In this document: positions 60,225 through 64,000 of the stretch, in pieces
How the letters are laid out: every line of letters starts with the position of its first letter
Numbering within the stretch: position 1 is the stretch's first letter
Source of the DNA: Pseudomonadota bacterium
Lineage (GTDB): Bacteria > Myxococcota_A > Polyangia > JAAYKL01
Reading direction: 5' to 3'
Assembly: GCA_023229365.1 (NCBI GenBank)
Contig: JALNZK010000003.1
Coordinates: 10,339-74,338, forward strand
DNA length: 64,000 nt
Notes under the pieces: generated by a model
Database searches by the model: none
What the model saw: only the letters and a program-made list of their open reading frames with translations
What the model was told of the DNA's origin: nothing
Translations under genes and position numbers: made by a program

Positions 60225-60428
60225 ATGATCACTAAAGAAGAGACAAAAATTGTTGCCTCCTTGGCACCAATTACAGAAGAATTTTTAAGGGAAAATGTTA
60301 CAGATATGAGTGAGGCGTGTTTCCTGGCGGCAATGGCGACTATGGGATTCCACAAAAGCGTGATGATAGAATTACTCGAAAAATATAATAGGTTATTCCT
60401 TTATGCAATACAAAGGCGTTATCCTTAA
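60225..60428 (+). CDS. hypothetical protein (67 aa)
   Basis: ORF track; plus-strand block. Confidence 0.45.
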   Translation: MITKEETKIVASLAPITEEFLRENVTDMSEACFLAAMATMGFHKSVMIELLEKYNRLFLYAIQRRYP

Positions 60429-60453
60429 GTAGGATTAAGTAGTGGTTAGAGGT

Positions 60454-60588
60454 ATGATATTCGAACCTGGGGATTCCGACGAGTTAGACTTTGCGATGGA
60501 CGTTGTGGGCGAAAGCGTAGGCGATCCTGAGCCAACAATGGCAGTTCTAAGGCGCTTGAGAGATGCAGCAAAAATGGAGGGATATTAG
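60454..60588 (+). CDS. small acidic protein (44 aa)
   Basis: Hand translation: MIFEPGDSDELDFAMDVVGESVGDPEPTMAVLRRLRDAAKMEGY. The stop abuts the next ATG. Confidence 0.35.
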   Translation: MIFEPGDSDELDFAMDVVGESVGDPEPTMAVLRRLRDAAKMEGY

Positions 60589-60834
60589 ATGGAAGAAGAT
60601 GTTATTATAGGGGAAGACGATTGGGCTCCAATCCCACCAATCCGAAGTTACAAAATGGTAATGGTCCCGCCAGAGAAATATGCGACGCTAAAATCTATTA
60701 CCGAAGAAATTGTTAATAGAAGTTGGTTCTCGGCGGACTGGCCGATGGAATGTAAAATATGCGGAGAGGTTTATCCGAACCATTATGAGTTTTGTTTAGT
60801 GTTAAAGGCTAAGAAGGTATTGGAGGAGGTATGA
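60589..60834 (+). CDS. hypothetical protein (81 aa)
   Basis: ORF track; plus-strand block. Confidence 0.45.
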   Translation: MEEDVIIGEDDWAPIPPIRSYKMVMVPPEKYATLKSITEEIVNRSWFSADWPMECKICGEVYPNHYEFCLVLKAKKVLEEV

Positions 60835-60955
60835 AGAAATGTTTGATCTATTATCATGGGTGTTGGGGGTTGCGCTTGGTGTGTGCGGCACGTATTTTGT
60901 CATCGCAGGTCGGAGATGAATTGAAATAATCTCGCGCCTATAATTAAGCGAAACC

Positions 60956-60969
60956 TTTAAATACTATTA
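60956..60969 (+). promoter_or_regulatory. TTTAAATACTATTA box upstream of tnpB
   Basis: Same family as the viral intergenic boxes; 22 nt before ATG 60992. Confidence 0.45.
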
Positions 60970-60991
60970 CAGCATAAATCAAACTACTTCT

Positions 60992-62149
60992 ATGAAGAAA
61001 TCCTATAAATTTCGGGTGTTTCCAACTAAGGCTCAACAACATCTCTTAGAAGAAACTCTCGATCTTTGTAGGTGGACCTACAATCAAACCTTGGCCTACA
61101 GAAAGAACATGTGGGAATCAGAGAAAAAGAACGTTTCTAAGTACGATTCCCATCTTTTGCTTCCAACATGGAAGGCTGAAAGGCCAGAGTTGAAAGGCGT
61201 ATTTTCTCAGGTTCTACAAAACGCCCAAGAAAGGATTGACCTCGCTTTTAAGGCTTTCTTTAGACGAGTCAAAAACCATGAAAATCCTGGATATCCTAGA
61301 TTTAAAGGAAAGGGGAACTATGACTCGTTTACGTACCCTCAAAGCGGATTCTCTGTAAAGGATAACAAAACTCTTTACCTCTCCAAAATCGGAGATGTCA
61401 AGATAAAGATTCATAGAGAAATTGAGGGCCAAATAAAAAGGTTGACCGTCCTTAGAACCATACGGAACAAATGGTATGTTACGTTCTCCGTAGAACAAGA
61501 AACTATATTCATACCTTCTGATAACGGTCCAGTAATCGGAATTGATCTTGGGTTAGAAAGCTTTTTAACATTCTCAGATGGCAGCAAGGTTGATAATCCA
61601 AGGTTCTTCCGATCTGAAGAACATTTATTGGCTAAGAAACAGAGTCGAAGAGACAAACTCCCTAAAGGCTCCGTAGAAAGGAAGAAAACAACAAGGGTTA
61701 TCCAGAGAATTCATGAGAGAATAACCAATAAACGTTCTAATTTTGCCCATCAACTCAGTCATAAATTAGTAACAAAATATTCTGTAGTTTGCTTAGAAGA
61801 TCTTAATATAAAATCAATGCTCAGAGATGGAACACGCGGACTGTCTAAGTCTATCTCAGACGCTTCTTGGAATCTTCTACTCCGATTAATTTCCTACAAG
61901 GCTGAAAGTGCCGGTTCGAAAGCGATCTTTGTAGATCCTCGAAATACGTCTCAGATGTGTTCTTTCTGCGGAGCGATGGTTCCGAAGCAGTTAAAGGACC
62001 GAATCCATAAATGCCCATTCTGCGGCTTAGAAATGGACCGAGACAAAAACGCTGCTATAAATATACTCAGATTGGGATTACAATCTGTCGGTAAAACCGA
62101 TCTTAGATCGGAAGTCCGTAGAAGCCCCATCTTTCAGGATGGGGAATGA
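60992..62149 (+). CDS. tnpB: TnpB (IS200/IS605-IS1341 family RuvC RNA-guided nuclease)
   Basis: N-terminus YKFRVFPTKAQQHLL; RuvC D IGIDLG; E VCLEDLN; zinc finger CSFCG..CPFCG; D DRDKNAAINI. Confidence 0.9.
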   Translation: MKKSYKFRVFPTKAQQHLLEETLDLCRWTYNQTLAYRKNMWESEKKNVSKYDSHLLLPTWKAERPELKGVFSQVLQNAQERIDLAFKAFFRRVKNHENPGYPRFKGKGNYDSFTYPQSGFSVKDNKTLYLSKIGDVKIKIHREIEGQIKRLTVLRTIRNKWYVTFSVEQETIFIPSDNGPVIGIDLGLESFLTFSDGSKVDNPRFFRSEEHLLAKKQSRRDKLPKGSVERKKTTRVIQRIHERITNKRSNFAHQLSHKLVTKYSVVCLEDLNIKSMLRDGTRGLSKSISDASWNLLLRLISYKAESAGSKAIFVDPRNTSQMCSFCGAMVPKQLKDRIHKCPFCGLEMDRDKNAAINILRLGLQSVGKTDLRSEVRRSPIFQDGE

Positions 62150-62150
62150 T
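62040..62150 (+). ncRNA. candidate TnpB omega/reRNA scaffold (3' portion; 5' boundary unknown)
   Basis: Two perfect hairpins inside the last 55 nt of tnpB: CCGATC-TTA-GATCGG (62097-62111) and CCCCATC-TTTCAG-GATGGGG (62125-62144). The second ends 3 nt before the stop codon. Confidence 0.35.
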
Positions 62151-62358
62151 CACGAACCCAGATTTATTACCAGATGATATTATTTCCGACCTATGTAACA
62201 ATCTCGGAATCGACCCAGGAGATGACAAAAGTTCTAAAATCATAGAAGAAATGACTCCAGATCAAGTACTTAAATGCGTCTGTAATTGGAACGGATTGAT
62301 AGGATATTCTCAGAAAATAAAATATTGGGTTGATAGCATTTATCAGAGGGGAGTTTAA
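62146..62358 (+). CDS. hypothetical protein (70 aa)
   Basis: The ATG overlaps the tnpB stop (ATGA). Confidence 0.45.
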   Translation: MITNPDLLPDDIISDLCNNLGIDPGDDKSSKIIEEMTPDQVLKCVCNWNGLIGYSQKIKYWVDSIYQRGV

Positions 62359-62359
62359 T

Positions 62360-62497
62360 TTGATCTATTGTGAATCCTGCGGGTACTCTGAAGATAGACC
62401 GCTCTATAATTTAAAAATATGGTGTTCCTTATGGAAGATTTCTGTATGTCCGGAAGATACAGACTGCGGAAGCGGGATACCAAAAGGGGAATAATCT
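62360..62497 (+). CDS. small Cys-rich protein (45 aa, TTG start)
   Basis: Hand translation: (M)IYCESCGYSEDRPLYNLKIWCSLWKISVCPEDTDCG... SD GGGGAG upstream. Confidence 0.35.
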
Positions 62498-62519
62498 TTT
62501 TTTAAAAGGGGAGATTTGA

Positions 62520-62972
62520 TTGGTAAATAAAATAAAGATCACTATTACATCAATAGACAGAGAGCCTTCTTTTTTGGTAGATGAGTATACCTCATCTAGA
62601 GAGATAGAGGAATATATTAAAAATAGATATGGGGCTCAGGCACCTCCCAAGAAAGGTATGCAGGCTAAGAAACATGAGTGGATTTCTCAAAAGTCCGAGA
62701 GGACTAGAGATAACAGCCTATATCTAGAAGAAGAGATTTCACAATTAAGAGAGCAGATCGCGCTACAGGAAAGGGAAGAAAAGAGATTAAAACAAGCAAT
62801 TAAAAACCTGAATAAATGTCTAGTGCAGGCCCACACAAAGATATACTACATAGATAGGACACAAAACATCAATTGGTTAGATAACGTTCCATCTAAAGAA
62901 GACATAAAATCAGCAAAGTTGAAAACAGAAGAGATTCTAATTAGACTGAAATTGGAAGACATAGAAAAATAA
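62520..62972 (+). CDS. coiled-coil protein (150 aa)
   Basis: ORF track; last plus-strand gene before the convergent junction. Confidence 0.5.
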   Translation: MVNKIKITITSIDREPSFLVDEYTSSREIEEYIKNRYGAQAPPKKGMQAKKHEWISQKSERTRDNSLYLEEEISQLREQIALQEREEKRLKQAIKNLNKCLVQAHTKIYYIDRTQNINWLDNVPSKEDIKSAKLKTEEILIRLKLEDIEK

Positions 62973-63092
62973 TATTTTTTTTAAATCCTGCGAGGTCGGA
63001 AAATCTCCTGCGGATGTTTTTGGGTCCGTATTAGGGGCTGTTTAAATTTATAAATTTTAATTAAAATAGTATGTTTTTTTTAAATGGTTTAT

Positions 63093-63392
63093 TTATAACG
63101 ATTGTTCATAATTTCCCAGACTTTTATTCTTCCTCTTCTTTATTTCTAAAGAATATTCCTTTTTTCTCCTTAGAATATCGTCCTTTATAGATGCTTCTAA
63201 TCCGTTTAAGAGGTGAAGCAAGTACTGACTAGGAAGAGTCTTCGCGACTTCGGGTAGGTCGATAAATAGTCTACTATATTGAGATATTAGACGAACCCTG
63301 TCATTTGGATGCCTATTGGGGACACTAAATTCTTCTTCAAAGTAAAGTAGCTCACCTACTGGATCTAATAAAAAAGAATCTTTAATTTGCAT
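63093..63392 (-). CDS. hypothetical protein (99 aa)
   Basis: ORF track. Confidence 0.45.
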   Translation of the reverse strand: MQIKDSFLLDPVGELLYFEEEFSVPNRHPNDRVRLISQYSRLFIDLPEVAKTLPSQYLLHLLNGLEASIKDDILRRKKEYSLEIKKRKNKSLGNYEQSL

Positions 63393-63694
63393 TATTCCTT
63401 CTCCCCTTTAATCTTCTTTTCAATCATTTCTATCTCTGCCGAATTTGCAGCGCCAAGAGTGTCATGTAGAAATTCATTAATACTCAGGGCCGCATTATAA
63501 TCTATAAGTGCATTTTTCTTATAAGTCGGATCTTTAAGGACTTCTGAGATCTCAATACCATAATCCGCTCTATTGACACATGCCACGGAATATTCCTTTA
63601 AAATGTTTATAGCTGTCCTCTTGTGAGATTGAACATTGCTATCATACTCCTCTTTGGCACTAAATATTGCGTCTTTTACCATTTCAAGAGCCAT
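63392..63694 (-). CDS. hypothetical protein (100 aa)
   Basis: ORF track; 1-nt overlap downstream. Confidence 0.45.
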   Translation of the reverse strand: MALEMVKDAIFSAKEEYDSNVQSHKRTAINILKEYSVACVNRADYGIEISEVLKDPTYKKNALIDYNAALSINEFLHDTLGAANSAEIEMIEKKIKGEKE

Positions 63695-63698
63695 AGGT

Positions 63699-63932
63699 TT
63701 AGTCCTCCTTTATTGTAACATATTTTATATCTTTAACGCCCCAGCTAAGATGCTCGTATACTTCAATTATATCCCGATAAATCCATATTCGAGTCCCATC
63801 TTGTCTCATTCTTTCCGTTGTTATTCTGGTTGCACCATCTCTTAAGAGGTGATAATAATCTCTAGAATCTACAAGGCTCCATTTTTCATCACTCATTTTA
63901 ATCACTTCCAATTGAATATAGCCTTGCATCAT
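63699..63932 (-). CDS. hypothetical protein (77 aa)
   Basis: ORF track. Confidence 0.45.
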   Translation of the reverse strand: MMQGYIQLEVIKMSDEKWSLVDSRDYYHLLRDGATRITTERMRQDGTRIWIYRDIIEVYEHLSWGVKDIKYVTIKED

Positions 63933-64000
63933 CAGGTTTCTTTAGTCTGTTCCCGTCTTTATCATAAAATCCCTCCAGATCTAATCCGACAACCGCATCA
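63932..64000 (-). CDS. C-terminal fragment of a gene entering from beyond the window end
   Basis: The TGA at 63934-63932 overlaps the next ATG (ATGA). The frame is open to 64000. Confidence 0.35.

Noticed and set aside
63061-63075. Plus-oriented TTAAAATAGTATG box in the convergent gap 62973-63092. A plus-oriented AAATAGTA also lies inside a minus-strand ORF near 33680.
   Set aside because: No downstream gene lies on that strand. These are probably chance matches of an AT-rich motif. They are a caveat that the promoter motif is not perfectly specific.

Overview
AT-rich, very gene-dense segment of a large dsDNA virus, either a tailed phage or an archaeal virus. About 140 short ORFs are tightly packed or overlapping. 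Almost all lie on the minus strand from 1 to 57333, a plus-strand block runs 57410-62972, and the minus strand resumes from 63093. By hand reading, the content is a replication, nucleotide-metabolism, DNA-modification and accessory region. I recognised these groups:
- Replication: UDG-PolIII-alpha fusion, Prim-Pol/SF3 primase-helicase, ATP-dependent DNA ligase, SNF2 helicase, Hjc-like nuclease.
- Nucleotide metabolism: class III anaerobic RNR (NrdD, NrdG and a glutaredoxin-like protein), dCTP deaminase-like protein, ThyA-like protein.
- DNA methylation: three DNA methyltransferases.
- RNA-related: two RNA-ligase-like enzymes, a metallophosphoesterase, Pth2, a DEDD exoribonuclease.
- Putative counter-defence enzymes: NADAR, an HD alarmone hydrolase, a DHH/DHHA1 phosphoesterase.
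- Other: two radical-SAM/SPASM-like enzymes.
- Selfish nucleases: IsrB with a candidate omega-RNA, TnpB, and three HNH genes.
I recognised no rRNA, tRNA, CRISPR array, integrase or virion structural gene by eye.
The most unusual items are:
1. A co-transcribed array of six small paralogs sharing an N-terminal R-x-GFVSNSSSSSF tag, translationally packed against a non-canonical (Cx7Cx2C) radical-SAM enzyme.
2. An HNH endonuclease gene embedded antisense inside a methyltransferase ORF whose frame nevertheless stays open across it.
3. Two different OMEGA-type RNA-guided nucleases (IsrB and TnpB) wired into viral promoters.
4. A C5-methyltransferase gene that carries a second, alternative-frame ORF with methyltransferase-tail motifs.
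5. Several conserved genes that appear to initiate at AUU, AUC or AUA.
6. Two promoter-flanked structured non-coding regions around an RNA ligase gene.
All domain calls rest on motif recognition by eye and were not confirmed by any search.
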